Source of the DNA: a virus
Lineage: Duplodnaviria; Heunggongvirae; Uroviricota; Caudoviricetes
Length of the DNA: 45,293 nucleotides
Virus record (IMG/VR): IMGVR_UViG_2571042653_000011
Direction: 5' to 3' (one strand)
A model generated the notes under the pieces. That model was given only the letters and a program-made list of their open reading frames with translations. It was not told the origin of the DNA and did not search any database. Positions 27,477-38,634 of the stretch are shown here, one piece after another (the stretch's first letter is position 1; every line of letters begins with the position of its first letter). The translations under genes and the position numbers were made by a program.

Positions 27477-28220
27477 ATGACCACACCAAATCCACTGGCA
27501 AAGACGAAAGGTGCGGGGACGACGTTCTGGATGTATACCGGCAACGGCGACGCATTTGCGAACCCTTTGTCGGACACTGACTGGCTGCGTCTTGCGATGG
27601 TGAAGGATCTGCAACCTGGCGAAATGACCGCTGATGCAGAAGATGATACTTATCTCGATGATGAAGATGCAGACTGGAAAACGACAACCCAGGGGCAGAA
27701 ATCAGTCGGTGATACTTCGGCGACGCTGGCCTGGCGTCCGGGTGACAGCGGGCAGAAAAAACTGGTTCAGTTGTTCGACTCCGGTGAAGTCTGCGCGTTT
27801 CGTATCAAATATCCCAACGGTACTGTTGATGTTTTCCGTGGCTGGCTGAGTTCACTGGGTAAAACCATTGCCTCAAAAGACGTGATGACCCGCACTGTGA
27901 AAATCAGCGGTGTGGGGCGTCCGTATCTGGCAGAGGAAGGCACTGAAACAGTGAGCGTTACCGGGCTGACGGTGGCACCGGCATCTGCCAGTGTAAAAGT
28001 GGGAGCAACCACCACGCTGACCTTTACAGTAAAACCTGACGGAGCCAGTGACAAAGCGATCAGTGTGCATTCGTCAGATCCACAGACTGCCACGGTGACC
28101 CTGAACGGGCTTGTGGCCACGGTGAAAGGCGTGAAGCAGGGCAGTGTCAGCATTGTGGGCATGACCGCTGACGGGAATTTTGTGGCTGTGGCTGCGGTGA
28201 CTGTCAGCGCCGCAGGTTAA
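27477..28220 (+). CDS. Major tail protein V with C-terminal Ig-like domain
   Basis: 247 aa from ATG 27477 with SD AAGGAGG; Thr/Val-rich Ig-like C-terminus; position after U. Confidence 0.8.
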   Translation: MTTPNPLAKTKGAGTTFWMYTGNGDAFANPLSDTDWLRLAMVKDLQPGEMTADAEDDTYLDDEDADWKTTTQGQKSVGDTSATLAWRPGDSGQKKLVQLFDSGEVCAFRIKYPNGTVDVFRGWLSSLGKTIASKDVMTRTVKISGVGRPYLAEEGTETVSVTGLTVAPASASVKVGATTTLTFTVKPDGASDKAISVHSSDPQTATVTLNGLVATVKGVKQGSVSIVGMTADGNFVAVAAVTVSAAG

Positions 28221-28240
28221 CAGGACGATACTCATCATTT

Positions 28241-28264
28241 GCCCCGGTTATCCGGGGCTTTTTT
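28241..28264 (+). terminator. Intrinsic terminator or attenuator between V and G
   Basis: GCCCCGG-TTAT-CCGGGGC followed by T6. Confidence 0.5.
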
Positions 28265-28277
28265 GCAGGTGGAGAAC

Positions 28278-28667
28278 ATGATGTTTCTGAAACAGGGCAC
28301 GTTTAATTATGAAAAACAGTCCGTGGTGCTCAGTGAGCTGTCCGGGTTGCAGAGAATTGAATATCTGGCGTTTGTTCAGCAGCGAACGGCAAAGTTTGAT
28401 GCCGGTGAGGGAGAACTGCCGGAGGCTGAACGACAGATTGCTTTTCTGCGGATGGGGATGGATATCAATGCCTGGCTGGTTTCCCGCTCACTGTGGAATG
28501 CGGATCAGTCTAAGGATGTAGAGACGCTTTGCGCATCCGTTATTACAACATGGTCGTATGATGCCCTGGGTGCGGGGGCGGAGATGGTTCTGTCGCTGAG
28601 CGGTATGGGGGCCATTGATAATGCCGGGGATGATGAGCATGAGGCGCTGACGCCGGAAAAGTCCTGA
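28278..28667 (+). CDS. Tail assembly chaperone G
   Basis: 129 aa; SD GGTGGAG; resembles lambda gpG (TLSELS.LQRIE) from memory. Confidence 0.75.
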   Translation: MMFLKQGTFNYEKQSVVLSELSGLQRIEYLAFVQQRTAKFDAGEGELPEAERQIAFLRMGMDINAWLVSRSLWNADQSKDVETLCASVITTWSYDALGAGAEMVLSLSGMGAIDNAGDDEHEALTPEKS

Positions 28668-29005
28668 CGCGGGAAATGCAGTTTGTCATGCGGCTTGCCC
28701 GGGAGTTCCGGCGGGCAGACTGGCGGCGGATGCTGTCGGAAATGTCGGCCACTGAGCTTGGTGAGTGGGGCGATTATTTCCGGATGCAGAGCTTCAGTGA
28801 TGTGTGGATGGATGCGCAGTTTGCCTCGCTGAAGGCATTGATCGTGAGAATGGTGTCCGGCAGCAGTGATGCTGCGGTGGCTGATTTCAGCCTTTTACCG
28901 GAAGAGAACGGGATACCGGAGCGAACGGACGAAGAACTGATGCATCTTGGGGAAGGTATTTCCGGAGGTGTGCGTTATGGACCAGATAGCCAACCTGGTC
29001 ATTGA
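28278..29005 (+). CDS. Tail assembly chaperone G-T fusion via programmed -1 frameshift (inferred)
   Basis: The T-like reading frame (28676-29005, motifs AGGVRYG, FSLLPEE) is in the -1 frame relative to G and open across the G stop; shift inferred near 28650-28667. Confidence 0.55.
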
Positions 29006-32000
29006 TTTGGGGATTGATGCGGCAGAGTTTAAAAATGAAATCCCCCGTATCAAAAACCTTCTGAATGGTGCAGCCAGCGATGCAGAACGGTCTTCTGCCC
29101 GTATGCAGCGTTTTATGGAGCGTCAGACTCAGGCCGCCCGGCAGACAACGCAGGCGGCGTCTTCGGCTGCAACAGCCGCATCCGTCCATGCGCAGACGGT
29201 GGAGAAGAACGCACAGGCTCATGAACGCATGGCCCGCGAGGTGGAGAAAACCCGCCAGCGTATGGAGGCGCTGAGCCAGAAAATGCGCGAGGAACAGGCG
29301 CAGGCCATGGCTCTAGCGGAGGCTCAGGATAAAGCGGCTGCTGCGTTTTATCGTCAGATTGACAGTGTGAAACAGGCCAGTGCGGGTCTGCAGGAATTAC
29401 AGCGTATTCAGCAGCAGATCCGACAGGCCAGAAACAGTGGCGGGATTGGTCAGCAGGATTATCTGGCGCTGATTTCTGAGGTTACGGCGAAAACCCGTGT
29501 TCTTACACAGGCTGAGGAAGAGGCTACCCGACAGAAAGTGGCGTTTATCCGTCAGCTTAAAGAGCAGGCAACCCGCCAGAATCTTTCTTCTTCTGAGTTG
29601 CTTCGTGCCAAGGCTGCCCAGCTGGGGGTAAGCAGTGCTGCAGAAGTGTATATCCGCAAAATGGAGCAGGCAGGAAAAGCCACGCATTCGCTGGGGCTGA
29701 AAAGTGCAGCGGCCCGTCAGGAGATAGGCGTTCTGATAGGTGAACTGGCCCGCGGAAATTTAGGTGCGCTGAGGGGATCCGGAATAACGCTGGCTAACCG
29801 TGCCGGGTGGATAGACACATTGATGTCACCGAAAGGCATGATGCTTGGCGGGGTTATTGGCGGTATTGCCGCGGCTGTCTATGGCCTGGGTAAAGCCTGG
29901 TATGACGGTCAGAAGGAGGGGGAAGAATTTAACCGCCAGCTGTCGCTGACGGGGCATTATGCCGGAGTCACTGCCGGGCAGCTGTGGACGCTCAGTCGTG
30001 CTATTTCCGGGAATGGTATCACGCAACATGCTGCAGCCGGTGCGCTGGCTCAGGTGGTGGGGAGTGGTGCATTTCGTGGAAACGATATCGGTATGGTGGC
30101 GAGAGCTGCCGCACAGATGGAGCGATCGGTTGGCCAGTCGGTCAGCGATACCATAAATCAGTTTAAGCGGCTGAAGGATGATCCTGTAAATGCCGCGAAG
30201 TCTCTGGACAATGAGCTGCATTTTCTTACTGCCACTCAGCTTGAGCAGATACGCGTCCTTGGAGAGCAGGGGCGGTCCAGTGATGCGGCACGGATAGCCA
30301 TGTCTGCACTGGCAGAGGAAACCGGTCGGCGTACTGCGGATATTGATAATAACCTCAATGCGCTGGGCAGTACGCTGCAAACTTTGTCTGACTGGTGGAA
30401 GCAGTTCTGGGATGCGGCCATGAATATTGGTCGTGAAGATTCGCTGGATGCGCAGATTGCCACTTTGCAGGAGAAAGTGTCGCGGGCGAAAAGACTCCCC
30501 TGGACGGCATCATCTTCTCAGGTTGAATACGATCAGCAGCGTCTTAACGATCTTCAGGAGAAAAAACGCCAGAAGGATTTGCAGGATGCAAAAGAGCAGG
30601 CAGAGCGGAATTATCAGGAGCAACAGAAACGCCGTAATGCTGAAAATGCTGCACTGAACCGGATGAATGAAACGGAAGCTGCACGACATCAGCGTGAAAT
30701 TGCGCGTATTAATGCCATGCAGTACGCCGATCAGGCTGTCAGGGATGCGGCGATACAACGTGAAAATGAACGTTACGAGAAAGCCCTGGCATCCGGTAAG
30801 AAAAAAACACGCGAAACCCGTAATGATGAGGCCACCCGGTTATTGCTGCAGTACAGTCAGCAACAGGCACAGGTGGAAGGACAGATTGCTGCTGCAAGAC
30901 AGTCAGCAGGCATTGCCACTGAAAAGATGACAGAAGCGCATAAACAGCTTCTGGCTCTGCAGCAGCGCATCAGCGATCTGGACGGGAAAAAACTGACGGC
31001 AGATGAAAAGAGTGTGCTGGCCCGTAAAGATGAACTGATTCAGGCACTGACGCTGCTGGATGTAAAACAGCAGGAGCTTCAGAAACAGACGGCACTCAAC
31101 GATCTGAAGAAAAAAACAATTCAGCTGACCAGTCAACTGGCTGAAGAAGAGCGCGCTCAGCGTCAGCAACATGACCTGGATATCGCCACGGTGGGTATGG
31201 GTGATCAGCAGCGGCAGCGATATCAGGTACAACTGAGTCTTCGCCAGAAATACCAGCAACAGCTGGAGCAGTTGAGGCGGGATAGTGAGCAGAAAGGGAC
31301 ATATAACACGGATGACTACAGAAAGGCCGAGCAGGCGCTGACGGAGAGTCTGAACCGACAACTGAATGAGAATCGCCGTTACTGGCAACGGCTTGAAATT
31401 GCTCAGGGTAATTGGAAAAACGGAGTCCTGCGTGCACTCCAGAATGTCACTGAGAATGCGGATAACACAGCCGGGACAGTGGAACAGTTGTTCACGTCTG
31501 CGTTCAGTAGCATGAGTGACTGGCTGGCGACATTCTGTACTACAGGCAAACTCAATTTCAAATCCTTCACCTCTTCTGTGCTGTCAGATATGTCCAGAAT
31601 CATGGCTCAGATAGCTTTAATGAAAGCGGTAAAAGGCATTGCTTCCGCGCTGCCTTTTGATTTTGTAGCCAATGCTGATGGCGGTGTTTATCAGTCGGCT
31701 GATTTGAGTCGCTACAGTGGCACGGTGGTTAACCGTCCGACGTTTTTTGCTTTTGCAAAAGGCGCGGGTGTGATGGGGGAAGCTGGACCTGAAGCCATTC
31801 TGCCACTGCGTCGTGGTGCTGACGGTAAGCTGGGGGTTGTGGCGGATATTGGTGGTTCAGGTATGGCGATGTTTGCCCCGCAGTACAACATCGAGATCAA
31901 TAACGATGGCACGAACGGGCAGATAGGTCCTGCTGCCCTGAAGGTGGTTTATGACCTTGGGAAAAAAGCGGCAGCGGACTTTATGCAACAGCAGGCCCGT

Positions 32001-32033
32001 GATGGTGGTCGGTTAAGTGGAGCATATCGGTAA
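28977..32033 (+). CDS. Tail tape measure protein (H-like)
   Basis: About 1018 aa; long coiled-coil, Ala/Gln-rich, with a hydrophobic glycine-rich segment; SD GGAGG 8 nt before the ATG. Confidence 0.9.
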   Translation: MDQIANLVIDLGIDAAEFKNEIPRIKNLLNGAASDAERSSARMQRFMERQTQAARQTTQAASSAATAASVHAQTVEKNAQAHERMAREVEKTRQRMEALSQKMREEQAQAMALAEAQDKAAAAFYRQIDSVKQASAGLQELQRIQQQIRQARNSGGIGQQDYLALISEVTAKTRVLTQAEEEATRQKVAFIRQLKEQATRQNLSSSELLRAKAAQLGVSSAAEVYIRKMEQAGKATHSLGLKSAAARQEIGVLIGELARGNLGALRGSGITLANRAGWIDTLMSPKGMMLGGVIGGIAAAVYGLGKAWYDGQKEGEEFNRQLSLTGHYAGVTAGQLWTLSRAISGNGITQHAAAGALAQVVGSGAFRGNDIGMVARAAAQMERSVGQSVSDTINQFKRLKDDPVNAAKSLDNELHFLTATQLEQIRVLGEQGRSSDAARIAMSALAEETGRRTADIDNNLNALGSTLQTLSDWWKQFWDAAMNIGREDSLDAQIATLQEKVSRAKRLPWTASSSQVEYDQQRLNDLQEKKRQKDLQDAKEQAERNYQEQQKRRNAENAALNRMNETEAARHQREIARINAMQYADQAVRDAAIQRENERYEKALASGKKKTRETRNDEATRLLLQYSQQQAQVEGQIAAARQSAGIATEKMTEAHKQLLALQQRISDLDGKKLTADEKSVLARKDELIQALTLLDVKQQELQKQTALNDLKKKTIQLTSQLAEEERAQRQQHDLDIATVGMGDQQRQRYQVQLSLRQKYQQQLEQLRRDSEQKGTYNTDDYRKAEQALTESLNRQLNENRRYWQRLEIAQGNWKNGVLRALQNVTENADNTAGTVEQLFTSAFSSMSDWLATFCTTGKLNFKSFTSSVLSDMSRIMAQIALMKAVKGIASALPFDFVANADGGVYQSADLSRYSGTVVNRPTFFAFAKGAGVMGEAGPEAILPLRRGADGKLGVVADIGGSGMAMFAPQYNIEINNDGTNGQIGPAALKVVYDLGKKAAADFMQQQARDGGRLSGAYR

Positions 32034-32362
32034 TGGAGACGTTTCACTGGAAAGTGCGCCCGGATATGAATGTGGTATCAGAGCCGAAAGTGGTGACAGT
32101 GAAGCTGGGCGATGGTTATGAACAGCGTCGTGCGGCGGGACTGAATAACCAGTTGTCGACTTACAGCGTGACGATACGTGTTCGTAAATGTGAACACCCA
32201 TCTTTAAAATCCTTTCTGGAACGGCACGGTGGCGTCCGCGCATTTCAGTGGACGCCACCTTATGACTGGAAGCCGATCAGGGTGGTTTGTCGTAAATGGT
32301 CGGCAAGCGTGGGGGCGTTGTGGGTAACCATAACGGCAGATTTTGAACAGGTCGTGGCATAG
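32033..32362 (+). CDS. Minor tail protein M
   Basis: 109 aa (same as lambda gpM); ATG overlaps the H stop. Confidence 0.85.
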   Translation: METFHWKVRPDMNVVSEPKVVTVKLGDGYEQRRAAGLNNQLSTYSVTIRVRKCEHPSLKSFLERHGGVRAFQWTPPYDWKPIRVVCRKWSASVGALWVTITADFEQVVA

Positions 32363-32371
32363 GAGGCTCTG

Positions 32372-33070
32372 ATGCAGGATATTCCACAGGAAACACATCA
32401 TGAGACGACACGCCTCACTCAGTCAGCCCAGGCGGTGCTCTGGGAAATCGATCTGACAGAGGTCGGTGGTGAACGTTATTTTTTCTGTAATGAGCAGAAC
32501 GAAAAAGGTGAGCCGGTTACCTGGCAGGGGCGGCAGTATCAGGCATACCCCATTCAGGGGACGGGATTTGAACTGAACGGCAAGGGCAGTGCTGCCCGTC
32601 CGACACTGACGGTTTCTAACCTGCACGGAATGGTCACCGGGATGGCGGAAGACCTGCAGAGTCTGGTCGGCGGAACGGTGGTCAGGCGTAAGGTTTACGC
32701 CCGTTTTCTGGATGCGGTGAACTTCGTCAACGGAAACAGTGACGCCGATCCGGAGCAGGAGGTGATCAGCCGCTGGCGCATCGAGCAGTGCAGCGAACTG
32801 AGCGCGGTCAGTGCCTCTTTTGTACTGTCCACGCCGACGGAAACGGACGGTGCTGTTTTTCCGGGGCGCATCATGCTGGCTAATACCTGCACCTGGACCT
32901 ATCGCGGTGATGAGTGCGGTTATCACGGTCCGGCTGTCGCGGATGAATATGACCAGCCGACGTCCGATATCACGAAGGATAAATGCAGCAAATGCCTGAG
33001 TGGTTGTAAGTTTCGCAATAACGTCGGCAACTTTGGCGGCTTCCTTTCCATTAACAAACTTTCGCAGTAA
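32372..33070 (+). CDS. Minor tail protein L
   Basis: 232 aa (same as lambda gpL); Cys cluster near the C-terminus; SD AGGAGG. Confidence 0.85.
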   Translation: MQDIPQETHHETTRLTQSAQAVLWEIDLTEVGGERYFFCNEQNEKGEPVTWQGRQYQAYPIQGTGFELNGKGSAARPTLTVSNLHGMVTGMAEDLQSLVGGTVVRRKVYARFLDAVNFVNGNSDADPEQEVISRWRIEQCSELSAVSASFVLSTPTETDGAVFPGRIMLANTCTWTYRGDECGYHGPAVADEYDQPTSDITKDKCSKCLSGCKFRNNVGNFGGFLSINKLSQ

Positions 33071-33074
33071 TCCC

Positions 33075-33818
33075 ATGACACAGACAGAATCAGCGATTCT
33101 GGCGCACGCCCGGCGATGTGCGCCAGCGGAGTCGTGCGGCTTCGTGGTGAGAACGCCGGAGGGGGAAAGATATTTTCCCTGCGTGAATATCTCCGGTGAG
33201 CCGGAGGCGTATTTCCGGATGTCGCCGGAGGACTGGCTGCGGGCAGAGATGCAGGGTGAGATTGTGGCGCTGGTCCACAGCCACCCCGGTGGTCTGCCCT
33301 GGCTGAGTGAGGCCGACCGGCGGCTGCAGGTGCAGAGTGATTTGCTGTGGTGGCTGGTCTGCCGGGGTGAGATTCATAAATTCCGCTGTGTGCCGCATCT
33401 TACCGGGCGGCGCTTTGAGCACGGGGTGACGGACTGTTACACGCTGTTCCGGGATGCTTATCATCTGGCGGGGATTGAGATGCCGGATTTTCATCGCGGG
33501 GATGACTGGTGGCGTCACGGTCAGAATCTCTATCTGGATAATCTGGAGGCCACAGGGCTGTATCAGGTGCCGTTGTCAGCGGCGCAGCCGGGCGATGTGC
33601 TGCTGTGCTGTTTTGGTTCATCGGTGCCGAATCATGCCGCCATTTACTGTGGTGACGGCGAGCTGCTGCACCATATTCCTGAACAACTGAGCAAACGAGA
33701 GAGGTATACCGACAAATGGCAGCGACGCACACACTCCCTCTGGCGTCACCGGGCATGGCACGCATCTGCCTTTACGGGGATTTGCAACGATTTGGCCGCC
33801 GCATCGACCTTCGTGTGA
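33075..33818 (+). CDS. Tail assembly protein K (JAMM/MPN plus NlpC/P60-like)
   Basis: JAMM-like motif (ALVHSHPGG) and Cys-His peptidase-like segment; 3' end overlaps gene I by about 100 nt as in lambda. Confidence 0.8.
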   Translation: MTQTESAILAHARRCAPAESCGFVVRTPEGERYFPCVNISGEPEAYFRMSPEDWLRAEMQGEIVALVHSHPGGLPWLSEADRRLQVQSDLLWWLVCRGEIHKFRCVPHLTGRRFEHGVTDCYTLFRDAYHLAGIEMPDFHRGDDWWRHGQNLYLDNLEATGLYQVPLSAAQPGDVLLCCFGSSVPNHAAIYCGDGELLHHIPEQLSKRERYTDKWQRRTHSLWRHRAWHASAFTGICNDLAAASTFV

Positions 33819-34363
33819 AAACGGGGGCCGAAGCCATCCGGGCGCTGGCCACACAGCTCCCGGCGTTTCGTCAGAAACTGAATGACGGCTGGTATCAGGT
33901 GCGCATTGCCGGGCGTGATGCAGGTGAAACCGAATTATCTGCCCGTCTTAATGAGCCGCTGGCAAATGGTGCCGTGATCCATATCGTGCCGCGTCTGGCG
34001 GGAGCTAAAAGTGGCGGTGTATTTCAGGTGGTGCTGGGGGCGGCGTTGATTGCGGTGGCATGGTGGAACCCTGTGGGCTGGCTGGGTGCCGCGGCTGTAT
34101 CGGGCATGTATGCGGCAGGGGCCAGTATGATCCTGGGCGGTGTGGCGCAGATGCTGGCACCGAAAGCCAGGACGTCCACGGCAGCCAGTACAGATAACGG
34201 CAAACAGAACACCTATTTTTCCTCACTGGATAACATGGTTGCTCAGGGCAATGTTTTGCCTGTTCTGTACGGTGAAATGCGTGTGGGGTCGCGGGTGGTT
34301 TCTCAGGAGATCAGCACGGCAGACGAAGGGGATGGTGGTCAGGTTGTGGTGATTGGTCGCTGA
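33716..34363 (+). CDS. Tail assembly protein I
   Basis: 215 aa; hydrophobic Gly/Ala-rich C-terminal region; position between K and J. Confidence 0.8.
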   Translation: MAATHTLPLASPGMARICLYGDLQRFGRRIDLRVKTGAEAIRALATQLPAFRQKLNDGWYQVRIAGRDAGETELSARLNEPLANGAVIHIVPRLAGAKSGGVFQVVLGAALIAVAWWNPVGWLGAAAVSGMYAAGASMILGGVAQMLAPKARTSTAASTDNGKQNTYFSSLDNMVAQGNVLPVLYGEMRVGSRVVSQEISTADEGDGGQVVVIGR

Positions 34364-34423
34364 TGCAAAATGTTTTATGTGAAACCGCCTGCGGGCGGTT
34401 TTGTCGTTTATGGAGCATGACGA

Positions 34424-37400
34424 ATGGGTAAAGGCAGCAGTAAGGGGCATACCCCGCGCGAAGCGAAGGACAACCTGAAATCCACGCAGTTGCTGAGTGT
34501 GATCGATGCCATCAGCGAAGGGCCGATTGAAGGTCCGGTGGATGGATTAAAAAGCGTGCTGCTGAACAGTACGCCGGTGCTGGACAGTGAGGGGAATACC
34601 AATATCTCCGGCGTCACGGTGGTGTTCCGGACCGGTGAGCAGGAGCAGTCACCGCCGGAGGGATTTGAATCCTCCGGCTCCGAGACGGTGCTGGGTACGG
34701 AAGTGAAATATGACACGCCGATCACCCGGACCATCACGTCGGCAAACATCGACCGTCTGCGCTTTACCTTCGGTGTACAGGCACTGGTGGAAACCACCTC
34801 AAAGGGGGACCGGAATCCGTCGGAAGTCCGCCTGCTGGTTCAGATACAGCGTAATGGTGGCTGGGTGACGGAAAAAGACATCACCATTAAGGGCAAAACC
34901 ACCTCGCAGTATCTGGCCTCGGTGGTGGTGGATAACCTGCCGCCGCGCCCGTTCAATATCCGGATGCGCAGGATGACGCCGGACAGCACCACAGACCAGC
35001 TGCAGAACAAAACGCTCTGGTCGTCATACACCGAAATCATCGATGTGAAACAGTGCTACCCGAACACGGCACTGGTCGGCGTACAGGTGGATTCGGAGCA
35101 GTTCGGCAGCCAGCAGGTGAGCCGTAATTATCATCTGCGCGGGCGTATTCTGCAGGTGCCGTCGAACTATAACCCGCAGACTCGGCAATACAGCGGTATC
35201 TGGGACGGAACGTTTAAGCCAGCATACAGCAATAACATGGCCTGGTGTCTGTGGGATATGCTGACCCATCCACGCTACGGCATGGGGAAACGTCTTGGTG
35301 CGGCGGATGTGGACAAATGGGCGCTGTATGTCATCGGCCAGTACTGCGACCAGTCAGTGCCGGACGGCTTTGGCGGCACGGAGCCGCGCATCACCTGTAA
35401 TGCGTACCTGACCACACAGCGCAAGGCGTGGGATGTGCTCAGTGATTTCTGCTCGGCGATGCGCTGTATGCCGGTATGGAACGGGCAGACGCTGACGTTC
35501 GTGCAGGACCGACCGTCGGATAAGGTGTGGACCTATAACCGCAGTAATGTGGTGATGCCGGATGATGGCGCGCCGTTCCGCTACAGCTTCAGCGCCCTGA
35601 AGGACCGCCATAATGCCGTTGAGGTGAACTGGATTGACCCGGACAACGGCTGGGAGACGGCGACAGAGCTTGTTGAAGATACGCAGGCCATTGCCCGTTA
35701 CGGTCGTAATGTCACGAAGATGGATGCCTTTGGCTGTACCAGCCGGGGGCAGGCGCACCGCGCCGGGCTGTGGCTGATTAAAACGGAACTGCTGGAGACG
35801 CAGACCGTGGATTTCAGCGTGGGTGCTGAAGGGCTTCGCCATGTACCGGGCGATGTCATTGAAATCTGCGATGATGACTATGTCGGTATCAGCACCGGTG
35901 GTCGCGTGCTGGCGGTGAACAGCCAGACCCGGACGCTGACGCTCGACCGTGAAATCACGCTGCCATCCTCCGGTACCACGCTGATAAGCCTGGTTGACGG
36001 AAGTGGTAATCCGGTCAGCGTGGAGGTTCAGTCCGTCACCGACGGACTTAAGGTGAAAGTGAACCGGGTTCCTGACGGCGTTGCAGAATACAGTGTGTGG
36101 GGGCTGAAGCTGCCGACGCTGCGCCAGCGCCTGTTCCGCTGTGTGAGTATCCGTGAGAACGACGACGGCACGTATGCCATCACCGCCGTGCAGCATGTGC
36201 CGGAAAAAGAGGCCATCGTGGATAACGGGGCGCACTTTGACGGCGACCAGAGTGGCACGGTGAATGGTGTCACGCCGCCAGCGGTGCAGCACCTGACTGC
36301 CGAAGTCACCGCAGACAGCGGGGAATATCAGGTACTGGCGCGCTGGGACACGCCGAAGGTGGTGAAGGGCGTGAGCTTTATGCTTCGCCTGACCGTGGCA
36401 GCGGATGACGGCAGTGAGCGGCTGGTCAGCACGGCCCGGACGACGGAAACCACATACCGCTTCACGCAACTGGCGTTGGGAAACTACAGGCTGACAGTCC
36501 GGGCGGCAAATGCCTGGGGGCAGCAGGGCGATCCGGCGTCGGTATCGTTCCGGATTGCCGCACCGGCAGCACCGTCGCGGATTGAGCTGACACCGGGGTA
36601 TTTTCAGATAACCGCCACGCCGCATCTTGCCGTTTATGACCCGACGGTACAGTTTGAATTCTGGTTCTCGGAAAAGCGGATTGCGGATATCAGACAGGTT
36701 GAAACCACAGCGCGCTATCTTGGCACGGCGCTGTACTGGATAGCTGCCAGTATCAATATCAGGCCGGGCCATGATTATTATTTTTACATCCGCAGTGTGA
36801 ACACCGTTGGCAAATCGGCATTCGTGGAGGCTGTTGGCCAGCCGAGTGATGATGCATCCGGCTATCTGGATTTTTTCAAAGGAGAGATAGGGAAAACCCA
36901 TCTGGCTCAGGAGTTGTGGACGCAGATTGATAACGGTCAGCTTGCGCCTGACCTGGCGGAAATCAGAACGTCCATCACGGATGTCAGTAATGAAATCACG
37001 CAGACCGTCAATAAGAAACTGGAAGACCAGAGTGCAGCGATCCAGCAGATACAGAAGGTTCAGGTTGATACAAATAATAACCTGAACAGCATGTGGGCTG
37101 TGAAGCTGCAGCAGATGCAGGACGGACGCCTTTATATCGCGGGTATTGGTGCCGGTATTGAAAACACCCCTGACGGCATGCAGAGTCAGGTGCTGCTGGC
37201 GGCAGACAGGATTGCGATGATTAATCCTGCGAATGGCAACACAAAGCCGATGTTTGTTGGTCAGGGCGATCAGATATTCATGAACGAAGTGTTCCTGAAA
37301 TACCTGACGGCTCCCACCATTACCAGCGGCGGTAATCCTCCGGCATTTTCCCTGACACCGGACGGGCGGCTGACGGCGAAAAATGCCGATATCAGCGGTA

Positions 37401-37903
37401 ACGTGAATGCGAACTCCGGGACGCTCAACAATGTCACGATTAATCAGAACTGCCGGATTCTGGGAAAACTGTCAGCCAACCAGATTGAAGGCGATATTGT
37501 TAAAACGGTGGGCAAAGCTTTCCCCCGGGACTCCCGTGCACCGGAGCGGTGGCCATCAGGAACCATTACCGTCAGGGTTTATGACGATCAGCCGTTTGAC
37601 CGGCAAATTGTTATCCCGGCGGTGGCATTCAGTGGCGCTAAACATGAGCAAGATCATACTGATATCTACTCCTCATGCCGTCTGATAGTACGAAAAAACG
37701 GTGCTGAAATTTATAACCGAACGGCTCTGGATAATACGCTGATATATACGGGTGTTATTGATATGCCTGCAGGCAGTGGTGTCATGACACTGGAATTTTC
37801 TGTATCGGCATGGCTGGTAAATGGCTGGTATCCCACAGCAAGTATCAGCGATTTGCTGGTTGTGGTGATGAAGAAAGCCACCGCAGGCATCAGTATCAGC
37901 TGA
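34424..37903 (+). CDS. Tail tip/host specificity protein J
   Basis: 1159 aa; N-terminus [18 protein letters not shown] typical of lambda gpJ family (recall). Confidence 0.9.
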   Translation: MGKGSSKGHTPREAKDNLKSTQLLSVIDAISEGPIEGPVDGLKSVLLNSTPVLDSEGNTNISGVTVVFRTGEQEQSPPEGFESSGSETVLGTEVKYDTPITRTITSANIDRLRFTFGVQALVETTSKGDRNPSEVRLLVQIQRNGGWVTEKDITIKGKTTSQYLASVVVDNLPPRPFNIRMRRMTPDSTTDQLQNKTLWSSYTEIIDVKQCYPNTALVGVQVDSEQFGSQQVSRNYHLRGRILQVPSNYNPQTRQYSGIWDGTFKPAYSNNMAWCLWDMLTHPRYGMGKRLGAADVDKWALYVIGQYCDQSVPDGFGGTEPRITCNAYLTTQRKAWDVLSDFCSAMRCMPVWNGQTLTFVQDRPSDKVWTYNRSNVVMPDDGAPFRYSFSALKDRHNAVEVNWIDPDNGWETATELVEDTQAIARYGRNVTKMDAFGCTSRGQAHRAGLWLIKTELLETQTVDFSVGAEGLRHVPGDVIEICDDDYVGISTGGRVLAVNSQTRTLTLDREITLPSSGTTLISLVDGSGNPVSVEVQSVTDGLKVKVNRVPDGVAEYSVWGLKLPTLRQRLFRCVSIRENDDGTYAITAVQHVPEKEAIVDNGAHFDGDQSGTVNGVTPPAVQHLTAEVTADSGEYQVLARWDTPKVVKGVSFMLRLTVAADDGSERLVSTARTTETTYRFTQLALGNYRLTVRAANAWGQQGDPASVSFRIAAPAAPSRIELTPGYFQITATPHLAVYDPTVQFEFWFSEKRIADIRQVETTARYLGTALYWIAASINIRPGHDYYFYIRSVNTVGKSAFVEAVGQPSDDASGYLDFFKGEIGKTHLAQELWTQIDNGQLAPDLAEIRTSITDVSNEITQTVNKKLEDQSAAIQQIQKVQVDTNNNLNSMWAVKLQQMQDGRLYIAGIGAGIENTPDGMQSQVLLAADRIAMINPANGNTKPMFVGQGDQIFMNEVFLKYLTAPTITSGGNPPAFSLTPDGRLTAKNADISGNVNANSGTLNNVTINQNCRILGKLSANQIEGDIVKTVGKAFPRDSRAPERWPSGTITVRVYDDQPFDRQIVIPAVAFSGAKHEQDHTDIYSSCRLIVRKNGAEIYNRTALDNTLIYTGVIDMPAGSGVMTLEFSVSAWLVNGWYPTASISDLLVVVMKKATAGISIS

Positions 37904-37922
37904 ATTTTATAACCCCAATATG

Positions 37923-37946
37923 GGCGTCAGAAATGACGCCTTTTTT
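37923..37946 (+). terminator. Intrinsic terminator downstream of J
   Basis: GGCGTCA-GAAA-TGACGCC followed by T6. Confidence 0.6.
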
Positions 37947-37970
37947 ATTGCAGAAAAGCGAGAGGTAATT

Positions 37971-38570
37971 ATGCGTAAATTATGTGCTGTTATTCTGTCC
38001 GCAGTAGTCTGGCTGGTTGCCGCTGGTACGCCAGCGAGCGCAGCAGAGCATCAGTCCACACTAAGCGCCGGGTATCTTCAGACCCATACTGATATGCCAG
38101 GCAGTGATGACCTGAAGGGCATTAACGTGAAATACCGTTATGAATTTACGGACACGCTGGGGCTGGTGACGTCATTCAGTTATGCCAATGCCAAAGATGA
38201 GCAAAAAACGCATTACAGCGATACCCGCTGGCATGAAGATTCAGTGCGTAACCGCTGGTTCAGCATGATGGCGGGGCCATCTGTACGCGTGAATGAATGG
38301 TTCAGTGCTTATGCGATGGCAGGTGTGGCTTACAGCCGTGTGTCGACCTTCTCCGGGGATTATCTCCGCGTAACTGACAACAAGGGGAAAACGCACGATG
38401 TGCTGACCGGAAGTGATGACGATCGCCACAGCAACACATCTCTGGCGTGGGGAGCTGGCGTGCAGTTTAACCCGACCGAATCCGTGGCCATTGATATTGC
38501 TTATGAAGGCTCCGGCAGTGGCGACTGGCGCACTGACGGTTTCATCGTGGGTGTCGGTTATAAATTCTGA
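37971..38570 (+). CDS. lom: Outer-membrane beta-barrel protein Lom (Ail/Lom family)
   Basis: About 199 aa with signal peptide and C-terminal aromatic residue (GYKF) typical of small outer-membrane beta-barrels; sits between J and the tail fibre as in lambda; flanked by terminators. Confidence 0.8.
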   Translation: MRKLCAVILSAVVWLVAAGTPASAAEHQSTLSAGYLQTHTDMPGSDDLKGINVKYRYEFTDTLGLVTSFSYANAKDEQKTHYSDTRWHEDSVRNRWFSMMAGPSVRVNEWFSAYAMAGVAYSRVSTFSGDYLRVTDNKGKTHDVLTGSDDDRHSNTSLAWGAGVQFNPTESVAIDIAYEGSGSGDWRTDGFIVGVGYKF

Positions 38571-38596
38571 TTAGCCAGGTAACACAGTGTTATGAC

Positions 38597-38623
38597 AGCC
38601 CGCCGGTTCAGGCGGGCTTTTTT
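38597..38623 (+). terminator. Intrinsic terminator downstream of lom
   Basis: GCCCGCC-GGTTCA-GGCGGGC followed by T6. Confidence 0.6.
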
Positions 38624-38634
38624 GTGGAGTGGAT

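Noticed and set aside
29826-31437. Several antisense or alternative-frame ORFs inside the tape measure gene
   Set aside because: Typical shadow ORFs in a long, compositionally biased gene; no independent start signals.
35354-36901. 515-aa minus-strand ORF inside the J gene
   Set aside because: Antisense shadow ORF within a well-supported, GC-rich tail gene; arginine-rich low-complexity translation and no SD.
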